This document shows, piece after piece, positions 49,901 through 61,306 of a stretch of 64,000 nt of DNA. The translations under genes were made by a program, and so were the position numbers. Position 1 is the stretch's first letter. Every line of letters begins with the position of its first letter. The stretch covers positions 682,001-746,000 of the forward strand of contig CATNEN010000030.1 of the NCBI GenBank assembly GCA_950097015.1, read 5' to 3'. This stretch comes from Macrostomum hystrix. Its lineage: Eukaryota > Animalia > Platyhelminthes. A model generated the notes under the pieces. The model saw only the letters and a program-made list of their open reading frames with translations, was not told where the DNA came from and did not search any database.

Positions 49901-52900
49901 GCCTATAAGGGGCCGCCCGCTAGCTCAGCTAACCCCCTCGGCACACGCGCTGCAACCCAGCCCTACCCCTTCCATAATACTCGCTCGTTCGTAAGACGAT
50001 AGACTGGGCTAGAGAGAAAGAGCCGGGGTGGGACCCGCGAGGGTGGTCTCCATTTGCATTGCCTTCTCTGCTCTCTCTCTTCCCGGCGTCTCTGGTCCTT
50101 CTCCCACCCCCCGCTGCGGCCCCCGGCCCCGACTTACCCTGCGAGGGTCTGCCCGCCATGCGCCCTCAGTGAGTCACTCTATAGGGGAGAGCGGGCCGGG
50201 GTATACCTAAAGAGCTATAGCGTTGCGTTAGGCCTACAGAAAAAAGCAGCCCTAGGAAGGACGCGACGCGTGGATCGTTTCTGAGTAGCGATGAGATTGC
50301 TTGGGCCAGCACAAGGGGAGATTGGGAACAGAAAGGCAAAGAGAGATGGGTTGCCACGCTGCCATCCTTCCCCTCTATTCCCCTATGCTTCTTCTATTCC
50401 CTATTCTATGCTGTACGACTTCCTCTCTGCGTCTGCTGCCTAATTCCCAATTGGAATACTCCTTTGTTGCATGTCATCCTGCCTGGCGTGGGGCAGTGTA
50501 TTTTCTGTTTTGCCCTCCATCTAGCTAGTGCTAGTGTGTGTGTGTGTGTGTGACTCAGGACTGCTAAGCTTACTTGCTGGATGCTTAAGCCGCTTATAGG
50601 CATCTGAAATGGCATTGGCTTTGTTATGCAACACTGCCTATCGGCTAGCTAGGCTAGGCCTACATTGGTACATCGAATTTCTTCTTAACAAGACGGCTTT
50701 AGTGCCACTTCACAAAATCTCCGAATCCGCTCCGACACTCGCAGAGCTGGCCAATGAATGGCTGCACAGGCTGACTCCGGTTGCTGCCGCTGTTCCCACC
50801 GGTGTCTCAGCCGCAGGCCCGACACAGTTGCTGCCGCCGCCGCCTCCGCCAACCCAACCGCCGGCTTTGGCGATTGCGCCTATTGAAAATAACTGCGTGG
50901 GCGGTGGACACCTGACTAGCAAGGTAATAACTGTGAAATGTCTAAATAATTAGCGTCCTATTTATTGGTTGCTAATGACACTCTTTCGGTTGCTAACGAC
51001 ATTCTTTTGGTTGCTAATGACATTAATTTGGTTGATAATGACATTCTTTTGGTTGCTAATGACATTCTTTTGGTTGCTAATGACATTCTTTTAGGTTTAT
51101 AATGACATTATTTGGTTGCTAATACCGGGCCAATCATTCACAATGAAGCAACTATTACAAGTGACTATTATCTAGAGATAATTTATCCTGTCCCGCAGGC
51201 TTCAGACGTGGCGCCCCCATCGCGCAAAAAACTTCGCCTCTCCTCTGGCAGCGTTGTTGACGTTGATTCTGCGGCCGCGGCAGCGGCAGCAGCCGCCGCC
51301 GCCGCAGCCGTGTTTGCCGGCGACTCCTCTCAACCTGTGGTGCCAATTTCGCTACCCGCCTCAGCCGCCGCCGCCTCAGCCGCCGCTGGCAGCCATGCCG
51401 AGCACGCCGGCATGAGCTGGGCTGCTCCGCTGCATCATCGGTCTGTCGCAGCCTCTTCCTCCGGCGCTTCTACATCAGCGACGGGACGGCGAAACGGAGG
51501 CGGCAGCGTCGGCGCCGGCGCTTCAACGGTTCCCCAACAGAGAGCGAGGTGAGCACTTTATCATTCTGATAGATGTCTTCTCTTGATAGGTTTAGTCTAA
51601 CAAAATGCTGTGAGTCAGCCTATGTTACCCCAGGCGCAACAAAGACTGCGAGGATAGAACCAAAATGATAAAGATTGCCTGAGTCGAATCACTAATTTTA
51701 GAGGCACGCACATTCGCGAGCAACCTGTCTGTTTCTCTCCGCCTAGAGACGGAGGCCCGGAAGCAGGTGTGTTTGGAGAGTGTATCACGCGCGGCATATC
51801 TGCCCCAGTCTTTTTCTCAAACACTAAAGCTGCTCTTTGTCTGCGTGAGGTTGTTGCAGTCCCGGCTTCGCATGTAGCCAGTCGAATGAACACGGAACCT
51901 TTAGGGGTTTTTGGGGGGGAGAGGGCTGCCAGGGTGCCTAGCAGGGCTGCAACAGCCTGACTAGGCTTGCCTCTGCACTGGGACCCACGTGCCATCGAGG
52001 AACCAACCCCATTAGCTAACCACTGAGCCAGCCAGTCAGCCAGTCTTTACTATCGCATTGCTGCCTGACCTACGCGCGCACAAACTCGCGTATATACAAT
52101 GACTAAACTTGTGTGCAAATTCTAAACAGCTGTAGCCTGCTGGGGCGCGAACTACCCTACCCCGCCGCCGCTGCTCTCCCTACCCTTGAAGTCCCTCCAC
52201 CCCACCGCAGCTTGCTTTAAATAAGCGGCAAACATACAGTGAGTGAGAGAGACTGTTCGATATACCTGGCATTATTCAATAAATTGGTTGCCTAGTTTTC
52301 TGTAAGCATAGAATTGTATGTGCCGGGTGAGCAGCTATGCAGCAGCAATTGGATTCGCTCTATGCTCAGTTCTACACCAGCTTCGCCTCTTGGGCTGGTC
52401 AACAATTGGCAAACGATCAACTGGTCGGATCGGCTCTGGCCAACTCTGCCACCGCCTACGGCCTGGATCCGGCCATCTGCCTTGGCGCCGCGCTGGCCGA
52501 CTTCCTGAGCCGGCATCAGCTGGCAGGAAGGCCCGCCTGGCTGCACGCCAGCCTTCTACTCCGCTGCCTCGACCGGGCAGATCTTGGCTATACCGCAGTA
52601 GTGCGCCAGATTTTGCACTCGCTTGGCCGGTCGGTCGTTCGGCATCTCCACGCCGGCCGAATGTTTAAACAACTGCGCGCCCACCTACTCAGACAACTGT
52701 GGTGCGATCTTGGTAGCTTGGGGGTGTCTAGTGATAGTAGAATAAGGACTAATTTCATTGCTCTTTCATTGTGCTAAAAGTATAACAAAGTCTAGTATTT
52801 TACTAAATTCTCCCTACTGCCTCGTCTCATTTCAGTCCGCAGCTGCGCCGACGTAACAACCAGCAGCAGCAGCAGCCGCAGCAGTTACCTCAGCAGCATC

Positions 52901-53876
52901 AGCATCAGCAGCAGCATCACTCTCGCCATCTACCACAGCAAATGCCCATCCTGACAAACTCAGCAGTCGGAGCTTCGTCAGCTGCAATGTCTGCCGCTGC
53001 TGCCAGCGATGTGTACCAGCATCAGCAGCAGTCGTCAGCAACAGCAGCAGCAGCAGCAGCAGCAGTTGCATCAACAACAGCAGCATCAACAGCGTCAGGC
53101 AGCTGCTGCAGCGGCTGCAGCTTCAGCGGCCTCTGCGCTGGCAGCTAGCGGTGGCGCCAACGCGCACCTCCTTGGCGGCGCGTACTCCAGCAGCTCGCTG
53201 GTGTACCAGCAGCACCAGCACTACAGCCACCCGCCCCTGTACTATCCGGCCGGCTCCTATCACCAGCTTAGCGGTGCGGCTCCCGGCGGCTACTACTGCT
53301 GCCCGCCCGCGCCCTACCCCGGCCTCCTGCTGCACTTTCTGGCCCTGCTCGACGGCGGCCAATCGGCGGCGGCGGCTGCGGCTGCCGCGGCGGCTGCAGC
53401 AGCATCAGCCGCAGCGTCAACTGCCGCCGGAGGTGCTTCTTCCACACACAGTCAGCAGCATCAGCATCATCTCCATCATCAGCATCAGAATCATCAGAAT
53501 CAAGCTCATCATCAGCATCAGCAGCAGCAGCAGCACCGTCACCATCAGCAGCATCAGCAGCCCAGCAACCTGGACAGTCTGCTGCACCTGGCTGCCCAGG
53601 TTGGCGGATGCCGGCCCCGCGGTGCCGCGAAAGAGGAGCTGGACAGCCTGCCAGCCTATCGCTATCCAGCCCAGCCGGCGGCAGTCGGACTCCGGACAAG
53701 TCAGTTGCGTGGTCTGCCTGGCCGAGTTCGAGCCCCGGCAGCAGCTGCGCGGCCTGGCCTGCGGCCACGAGTTTCACGTCCGCTGCGTCGACCGCTGGCT
53801 GAGGCACAATCGCACCTGTCCGATCTGTCGGGCTGACGCCGTCAGCGGCAGGCCGCAGGTAGGCGCCGCTGACTAG
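46994..53876 (+). CDS. RNF38: RNF38/RNF44-like RING-H2 E3 ubiquitin ligase; two +1 frameshifts in the last exon
   Basis: Tentative exons 46994-47318, 49219-49301, 50747-50923, 51199-51548, 52836-53876. C-terminal NLDSLLHLAAQVGGCRPRG...LPAYRY and CVVCLAEFEPRQQLRGLACGHEFHVRCVDRWLRHNRTCPICRADA are typical of RNF38/44. The 5' exons are less certain than the RING exon; frameshifts near 53035 and 53680. Confidence 0.8.
47452..48018. repeat. 16-bp minisatellite (GTCTCATCTCTCCCGT), same family as the array in the hAT element
   Basis: Tandem array in RNF intron 1. Confidence 0.95.
50968..51120. repeat. 21-bp minisatellite (GGTTGCTAATGACATTCTTTT)
   Basis: About 7 units in the short intron 50924-51198. 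Confidence 0.85.
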
Positions 53877-53954
53877 GCTTCTAATTGACTGTGGAGAAAC
53901 TCCCGTGTTCTTTAACTTTGAACCTGAACCATTTAAAGCGGAATCTTTCTAGAC

Positions 53955-54245
53955 GCACAGCCAATAAGAAACGTTTTAGACACAGCCAATCAGAATCTTT
54001 CCTGACTCACAGCCAATTAAAATATTTTTAGGCACACAACCAATCAGAATCTTTCTAGGCACACAACCAATCAGAATCTTTCTAGATACATAATCAATCA
54101 GAATCTTTCTAGACACATAACCAATCAGAATCTTTATTGTCTCACAACCAATCAAAATCTTTCTAGACAATGCAAAACAAATCAGAACCTTTCTTAACTC
54201 ATAGATAAATAATCAGATTTTTTCTAGGCAAACCCAACCAATCAA
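53955..54245. repeat. 27-bp minisatellite with CCAATCAGAATC core
   Basis: GGCACACAACCAATCAGAATCTTTCTA tandem units just after the RNF stop. Confidence 0.85.
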
Positions 54246-56244
54246 AGTTTCACGAACAAAGAATCGTTAAATTCACAAAACATGAATTCGAATCGAAATA
54301 TTATTAGCATCCAACCAATCAGTATCTTCATAGTCAGCGTCAGCCAATCAGAAGCAAGGTTTGCTCTTTTGTCACTGATTCGAACAGTTTTTGGGATTCA
54401 CTGGGTTGGATAGCAGGGTCTATACGGAAGTCTCGAACAAGCCTGTGATCGTGAAACCCTCCCATTTCTTATGCCAGCCCGTTACCTGCTTAGTGAAAGC
54501 TTTAATTAAATGTTCGGCCTTTTATTAATCAATAGTTTTTGTCTCTACGTGTTTCTCTCGCTCCATTTGCAGCCTCGTATCTGTGCCATTATATTATTGC
54601 TCTTACTAAACTTTTTTGTTTAATAATCTAACTTTTACGAGATTTTCGTTTGAAAAAAGGGCAAATCCTAACGACAAAGTGCGCACAGAAATAGATGACC
54701 CACACACTCGTGTCTACTTTCAATTCCCCTGTCCTGTCCATTGCGAAAAATGGAATCGGTAATCAATCCTTTTCTTGACTACCGACTAATTTTAAACTAG
54801 TTTATATGCTTTTTTCTACAATCATCAATAAACTGTGTTCCTATTATTGTTTGTACATGATTCTTAATTACAGAAAATACATAATTAATAAGACACACTG
54901 GCTAACCAATAAAAAGCAAAAAGCTATGATTCATCCGTGTACACCCGCATACAATAACAGTCCTGTTCTTCAATTGTTCTTTTGTTCCAAATTGTTTAAG
55001 TGACGCGTTTAAATTAGCGCCACAAGTTATAACGACTTTGTTAACGACGATTTTGAAGGTTGAAAAGTTTGAAAACCTTTTGCTTAGACATAAAACCATT
55101 TTGCACGACTATTAAATTAAAAAACATCGCAGACTAATGTTCGAATTTTTCTCATCAGTAAGGCCACATTAATGCGAATAGTACATCTTAAGTAGTATAT
55201 TTAATAATAGAAAATTTAGAATTTTAAAACGCTTTAGACTACTCATTAGTATACAGAAAGTTAGTAGTGAGCACTAGTCAGACGTTTTTTTTTAAGAAAA
55301 ACTAGCCTTCATAAAACAAATAGCACACAGAAAGTCCATCTCGATAAGAACAGGACTGGAAGACCTAAGGTGAGCACAATTATTATCGAAGCAATGAGCA
55401 CAAGCGAATAAATAATTTGGTAAATAAGAATTCTGTGGATTTAAACTTTTATTCGCAGAATATTTTTAGACGATTTTCCTTCTTTAGCAAAATGAAACAA
55501 CGACAGAAATTGTGCAGAAAACAATTTACTGTTTACAAAGCAATTTCACTCATGTCTCTACTACACGAGTAGCACATAGCAAAAAATGCGTGCAAAATAC
55601 TAAACAAGTAACTATTGTAAGTAGTAAGTTGAAAGTAAAAATAGATAATTCGTGCAAGTTATTCGATATAAGAAACGCGGCGCAAATACTACTTGTGTGC
55701 AGTAAAGAGTTTGTAATTTTTTCACAAAATTTTACTAATGATAAAATATCGAAGACAGTAATGCAATGCTAAAAAAAGGAATGTTAATGAGTCCAGCAGT
55801 CTCATTAAAAATTGGAATGCTTAATAGCAGAAGTGCATAAGGGTAGCGCTCGCATGAGCTGAAAAAAACTAGAAAAACACAATGAACTAGAGATTCTCAA
55901 TAAGAGTGACAACTTGGAAGAACCAAGCAACCAGCTTTTAGAAGCTGTGAGTTCAGGATAAAAATTAATGAAGAATTGAGACCAATTGTAGTATGTAGCA
56001 TTGTGAGATATAATTGTAGTTATGTACAGAGGGCCAGATAGTTAAAAATTATCATATGAAATTCAACCGGCATAGGCAAAACCAGCCAGTAGGAATGATA
56101 GGAATGGTAGGAATTCGAATACAAACAGCATTGCTAATAAGAATTATAAAAGCTGGTACAGCATCACGCAGAAAATAATCAACTAGAATTTCTGACATCC
56201 CAGCCAATCGGAATTATATAGCATCGATGCCAATCTGATTTTCC

Positions 56245-56900
56245 TGGCACCCCAGCCAACCAGAATCGCATGAGACCCCAGCCAACCAGAATCGTATGAG
56301 ACCCCAGCCAACCAGAATCGCATGAGACCCCAGCCAACCAGAATCGCATGAGACCCCAGCCAACCAGAATCGTCTGACACCCCAGCCAACCAGAATCGTA
56401 TGACACCCCAGCCAATCAGAATAGTATGACACCCCAGCCAATCAGAATCGTATGACACCCCAGCTAACCAGAATCGTATGACACCCCAGCCAATCAGAAT
56501 CGTATGACACCCCAGCCAATCAGAATCGTATGACACCCCAGCTAACCAGAATTGTATGACACCCCAGCCAACCAGAATCGTATGACACCCCAGCCAACCA
56601 GAATCGTATGACACCCTAGCCAACCAGAATCGTATGACACCCGAGCCAACCAGAATAGTATAGTAAGACACCCCAGCCAATCAGAATCGTATGACACCCG
56701 AGCCAACCAGAATAGTATAGTAAGACACCCCAGCCAATCAGAATCGTATGACACCCGAGCCAACCAGAATAGTATAGTAAGACACCCCAGCCAATCAGAA
56801 TCGTATGACACCCCAGCCAAGCAGAATCGTATGACACCCCAGCCAAGCAGAATCGTATAACACCCCAGCCAATCAGAATCGTATGACACCCCAGCCAATT
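56245..56900. repeat. 26-bp minisatellite (CCCCAGCCAA(C/T)CAGAATCGTATGACA)
   Basis: Tandem array about 130 bp downstream of the nuclear receptor stop. Confidence 0.95.
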
Positions 56901-57026
56901 AGATTAATGTTACACCATAGCCTATAAAAAGCATCACAGACCCAGTTTCTTAAATTAGTATCAGCCCAGATGTACCATCCAATCAGAGCTGCCCATTTAA
57001 AACAAAGTAACTAAAATCGTAAAGAT

Positions 57027-60000
57027 TTAGAATTCGTCACCGGCCAGTCTGGCGTCGTCCTCCTCAAGCGAGCGGACCAGCATCTCAGATAGCAGCGGAT
57101 GCGGCACAGTGGAAGCGTGGTGCACAGCGAAGTGCCAGAAGCCGAGGGCCAGGATCTTGGATGAGTGAAGCTCGTTGCTAACTAGCAGCAGGGAGCCACG
57201 CCTAGCCGCATCCGGGCAGACGATGCGCAGCTCAGCCTTGAAGTTGTCCTGCAGCTGTTCAATAGCCTGTTGGTTGTGTTAGTTAAGTCTCATCGTATTA
57301 ACAGGTTTTAGAAAGAGTTAACGGAAAAACGAATAATCGTTACCTTAATGAGCGTTAAAAATTGTTAAAGATCGTTACAACTTTCTTGGTCTAAGATACT
57401 GAATTTTTCGTCATAATTCATGTACTAGCATTAACTCTACTTAAAGTAGCTTAATTCGTATTACTTTTCTGAGAAAAAATGGCCTAAAGCTCTTCTCTTA
57501 AATGCCCTGAAATTCTTAACATGGCGATGCCACTCTCAATTACCTCACCTAATGCTGGGACCCATTTAACAGCTGGGTGAACTGGAGCAATGCAGAATTG
57601 AGTGTCTAGCTAACGGACACAAATTGTTCAAATGCAGTGGGGAATCGAACCCCCGACCGTCAAGCCGTGAGTCTGACGCTCTAACCACTAGGCTACAACC
57701 CTGCCTGACCTGTTTGTTCTCCCAGTAGTCGCAGTAGCAGGTGTCCAAAAAGAAGATGGCTTTGAGCAGCAGGTACTCGTGCAGGCTGAGTCCCAGATCG
57801 GTCATGTGCTTGCACAGGGTTCGATTCCGGTGATCCAGTCGGGGCACCCGAAACTGGTCCAGCCTGGACTCAGGTATGGCAAAGTTGGCACACATTCTTA
57901 AGTCTCCATCGTAGGGCACTGAACAATGGACAGTGTACAGGGTCAACAATTGGATCCAATTGCCCTGCAGTAGGCGGATCCGGTCGTTTATTGGCAGGCC
58001 GGCGAAGCCCTGCAGACGCTTGGCCCAGGCAACTAGCTCGGCTATGTACTGCTCAGTCACCTGCGATATGCCAGTCAGCACCTGGCCAAGTTTGGGTTTG
58101 GGAGCTTTTGCGATGCATGCCCTTGATATTAGTCACTGTATCCGGGTAAAGGAACTCTATATTATATTACTGATCTTTATCGACTAGAAAATCTCATCTT
58201 TATGGACTAGGAAATCTCATCTTTATGGACTAGAAAATCTCATTTTTATGGACTAGGAAATCTCATCTTTATAGACTAGAAAATCTCATCTTTATGGACT
58301 AGGAAATCTCATCTTTATAGACTAGGAAATCTCATCTTTATAGACTAGAAAATCTCATCTTTATAGACTAGAAAATCTCATCTTTATAGACTAGAAAATC
58401 TCATCTTTATAGACTAGAAAATCTCATCTTTATAGACTAGAAAATCTCATCTTTATGGACTAGGAAATCTCATCTTTATAGACTAGGAAATCTCATCTTT
58501 ATGGACTAGGAAATCTCATCTTTATAGACTAGGAAATCTCATCTTTATAGACTAGGAAATCTCATCTTTATAGACTAGGAAATCTCATCTTTATAGACTA
58601 GGAAATCTCATCTTTATAGACTAGGAAATCTCATCTTTATGGACTAGGAAATCTCATCTTTATAGACTAGGAAATCTCATCTTTATGGACTAGGAAATCT
58701 CATCTTTATAGACTAGGAAATCTCATCTTTATAGACTAGGAAATCTCATCTTTATAGACTAGGAAATCTCATCTTTATAGACTAGGAAATCTCATCTTTA
58801 TGGACTAGGAAATCTCATCTTTATAGACTAGGAAATCTCATCTTTATGGACTAGGAAATCTCATCTTTATAGACTAGGAAATCTCATCTTTATAGACTAG
58901 GAAATCTCATCTTTATAGACTAGAAAATCTCATCTTTATAGACTAACAAATCTCATCTTTATAGACTAGGAAATCTCATCTTTATAGACTAGAAAATCTC
59001 ATCTTTATAGACTAGGAAATCTCATCTTTATAGACTAGAAAATCTCATCTTTATAGACTAGAAAATCTCATCTTTATTGAATAGGAAATCTCATCTTTAT
59101 GGACTAGGAAATATCATCTAAGAGGTTTGCATTTAGACTAGGGAATCTCATATATGTAAACTGTCAAATTCACCTCTACAAACTAGGAAATCTCACTTTT
59201 ATAAACTTGGAAATTCCAACTTAATAAACTAAAGAATTCTTACATCTATAAAATAGGAAATCTCAGCTATATAAACTTAGAATCTAAACACTTTGAACTA
59301 GGAACTAGGTAAGCTTCGAGACTGTGGTCAGTGGCAGAGCGGTTAACGCGTTTGCCTCTCGCACCAGGGTCCCTGAGCTCGATTCTGTGGCGAGGCCTCG
59401 TATTTGGGGCGCAGCCGCGGAGAGAAGGCTTGGGGGCTTGTCGTGCAATTTGCACCCTTGAGGGCCAACCTCCAAGGCACAGTGAGAGTGTACACTGCCT
59501 GACGATGAGAAAGTCAGGGCAGATGTACACACCTGTGTGCGCGTGTGCTCGGGAGTCAGCGAAATGGGCAGAATTGCCTCCTCGCTGGCTGAGGGTCTAG
59601 TGTCACCAAATGATGCTCCATTGTCCGCAGCCCTCCTGCAATTATTAGCGAATCCCTGGACTGCGCACCTGTTCATCGAAAGTGTCGGCTTTGGCCACCT
59701 CGTTCAAATCGATGCAAATTGGCGCCGGCTCAATTTCAGTCAGGTGTTTTAACAGCGGCGGCGGCGGCTGGGACAAGTCGGCCGCCTGCGGCAGCTGACC
59801 GATGGCTAGGACGGCGCTGCGTGCGGCTTCGGCTGCGTCAGCTGGGCCTGGCGGCGAAGAAGGCTGCGGCGGCGGCGTCGTGGCTTCGCCATCCGTGGAC
59901 GACGTGGGCACAGCGACAGCGGCGCCAGGTGCAGCGGCAGGCGGATGGGCAGACGAGCTGCCGTCCAGCATTCGCACCATCCGAGGATTCATGCCCAGCA

Positions 60001-60348
60001 GTAGACAGCGCTCGAATCTGCACTTGGGACAGGCGCGCCGCTTGAAGCCATTGGTGGCACACAGTATCGGATTGCCAATGCACTGATAGGTGAAGCGCTG
60101 GTAGACTGTGCGCTTAAAGAATGCCTTGCAAGCCTCGCAGGTGTAGGCGCCGTAGTGCCTACCAGAGGCGTAGCTGTTCTCGCACACGTGACATTTGCGT
60201 TTGCATTTGGCACCGTTGCCATGACTACTGTGACTGCCGTTGCCGCCATTGTCGCTTTGCTGCTCCGCCAGCTGCTCCTGTCGAAGCAGATCATGCTGAT
60301 GCTGCTCATCAAATATTTCTTCTTCGTCTTCTTCTTGCTTCATCTGCT
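57027..60348 (-). CDS. ERR: Nuclear receptor, ERR/NR3B-like; 5' exon not resolved
   Basis: Phase-consistent exons 60348-59669, 58081-57710, 57266-57027. C4 zinc-finger DBD with P-box [11 protein letters not shown] (ERR-type). LBD with [40 protein letters not shown] and an AF-2-like PLLSEML. Confidence 0.8.
57551..57700 (-). mobile_element. SINE family 2, head plus central domain
   Basis: Reverse complement GGTTGTAGCCTAGTGGTTAGAGCG...GGTTCGATTCCCC...CACCCAGCTGTTAAATGGGTCCCAGC; begins 7 bp from the donor at 57709. Confidence 0.85.
58187..59110. repeat. 23-bp minisatellite (GACTAGGAAATCTCATCTTTATA)
   Basis: About 40 tandem units in the receptor intron; degenerate copies to about 59270. Confidence 0.96.
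59324..59647 (+). mobile_element. SINE family 1, full length (antisense to host gene)
   Basis: Complete head, body, hairpin 59488-59530 and tail. Confidence 0.92.
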
Positions 60349-60404
60349 CTGATAAATAATTTTTTCTACTTTAACTTTGCTGCAATGATATTTTATTTCA
60401 GTGA

Positions 60405-60690
60405 GGTAGTGACAGTGCCAGGTGTTGTAGTGTCAATGTCAGGTGAGGTAGTGTCATTGCCAGGTGAGGTAGTGTCATTGCCAGGAGAGGTAGTGTCATT
60501 GCCAGGTGAGGTAGTATCAGTGCCATGTGTTGTAGTGTCAGTGCCAGTTGTAGTGTCAGTGCCAGTTGTAGTGTCAATGTCAGGTGAGGTAGTGTCAGTG
60601 CCAGGTGAGGTAGTGTCAGTGCCAGTTGTTGCAGTGTCAGTGCCAGTTGTTGTAGTGTCAGTGCCAGGTGTGATAGTGTCATTGCCAGGC
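60405..60690. repeat. 18-21 bp minisatellite (GTAGTGTCAGTGCCAGGTGAG)
   Basis: Tandem units upstream of acceptor 60349. Confidence 0.85.
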
Positions 60691-61306
60691 GCCATCGCCT
60701 GTCAGCGGGCCTACAGGGTTTAGCGGTATGTGCGACCCTCGCCTCCCTGCTGTTTCCATGGACCACCCTGCAGCTAAGTCAAGTCAGGTGAGTGCCAGGT
60801 GAGTAGGTGTGAGTGTCATGTGTGGTAGGGTACGTTCAAGGTGATGTAGTGTGTGTCAGAAGTATAAAACAGGAACTTAACAACGCATTTTGTAGAGGTG
60901 CAAAGCACAATGTGCCAAGTACTATTATTATATAAAGAAGTAGAACATTTAGCTAATTAGATATGCAAATTCAATAGTAAGACCCATGAGCTAAATATGT
61001 GACATTAGTTACATTAAATATTGTTCACCAGTATCGGGTTATTATATATTTGCAATTGGTACAGTCGGCATAATGGCTGCTATCGATTAGCCTATAATGT
61101 GGGTTCCCGCTGGATTATGTGACTATAATACAATAGAAGAGAGAGATTGATGACTGTACTTTTTCATTGGCTGGGGACCTACAAAGGACGAAGCCTTTCT
61201 GTCTTTCTTTCTGTTTGGTCAACCTGTTCTGAGCAAAGGAAAATGTAATAAGACAGGCAAACAGACTCAAAGTTAGTAAAGATTAACTAAACTTTAACGT
61301 ATAGAG

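Noticed and set aside
50170-50190. T7 promoter-like string CACTCTATAGGGGAGA
   Set aside because: Only partial similarity, no TAATACGACT and no vector context; likely chance.
59498-59520. Hammerhead ribozyme core in SINE-1 (CTGACGA...GAAA...TC)
   Set aside because: Only 3 nt lie between CUGANGA and GAAA (no stem II), there is no stem III, and stem I is out of register; a simple CTGAC/GTCAG hairpin explains it better.
60393-60695. Thr-rich mucin-like ORF as a receptor N-terminal exon
   Set aside because: It is a tandem repeat ending in a stop (60393-60395) before acceptor 60349, with no convincing donor.
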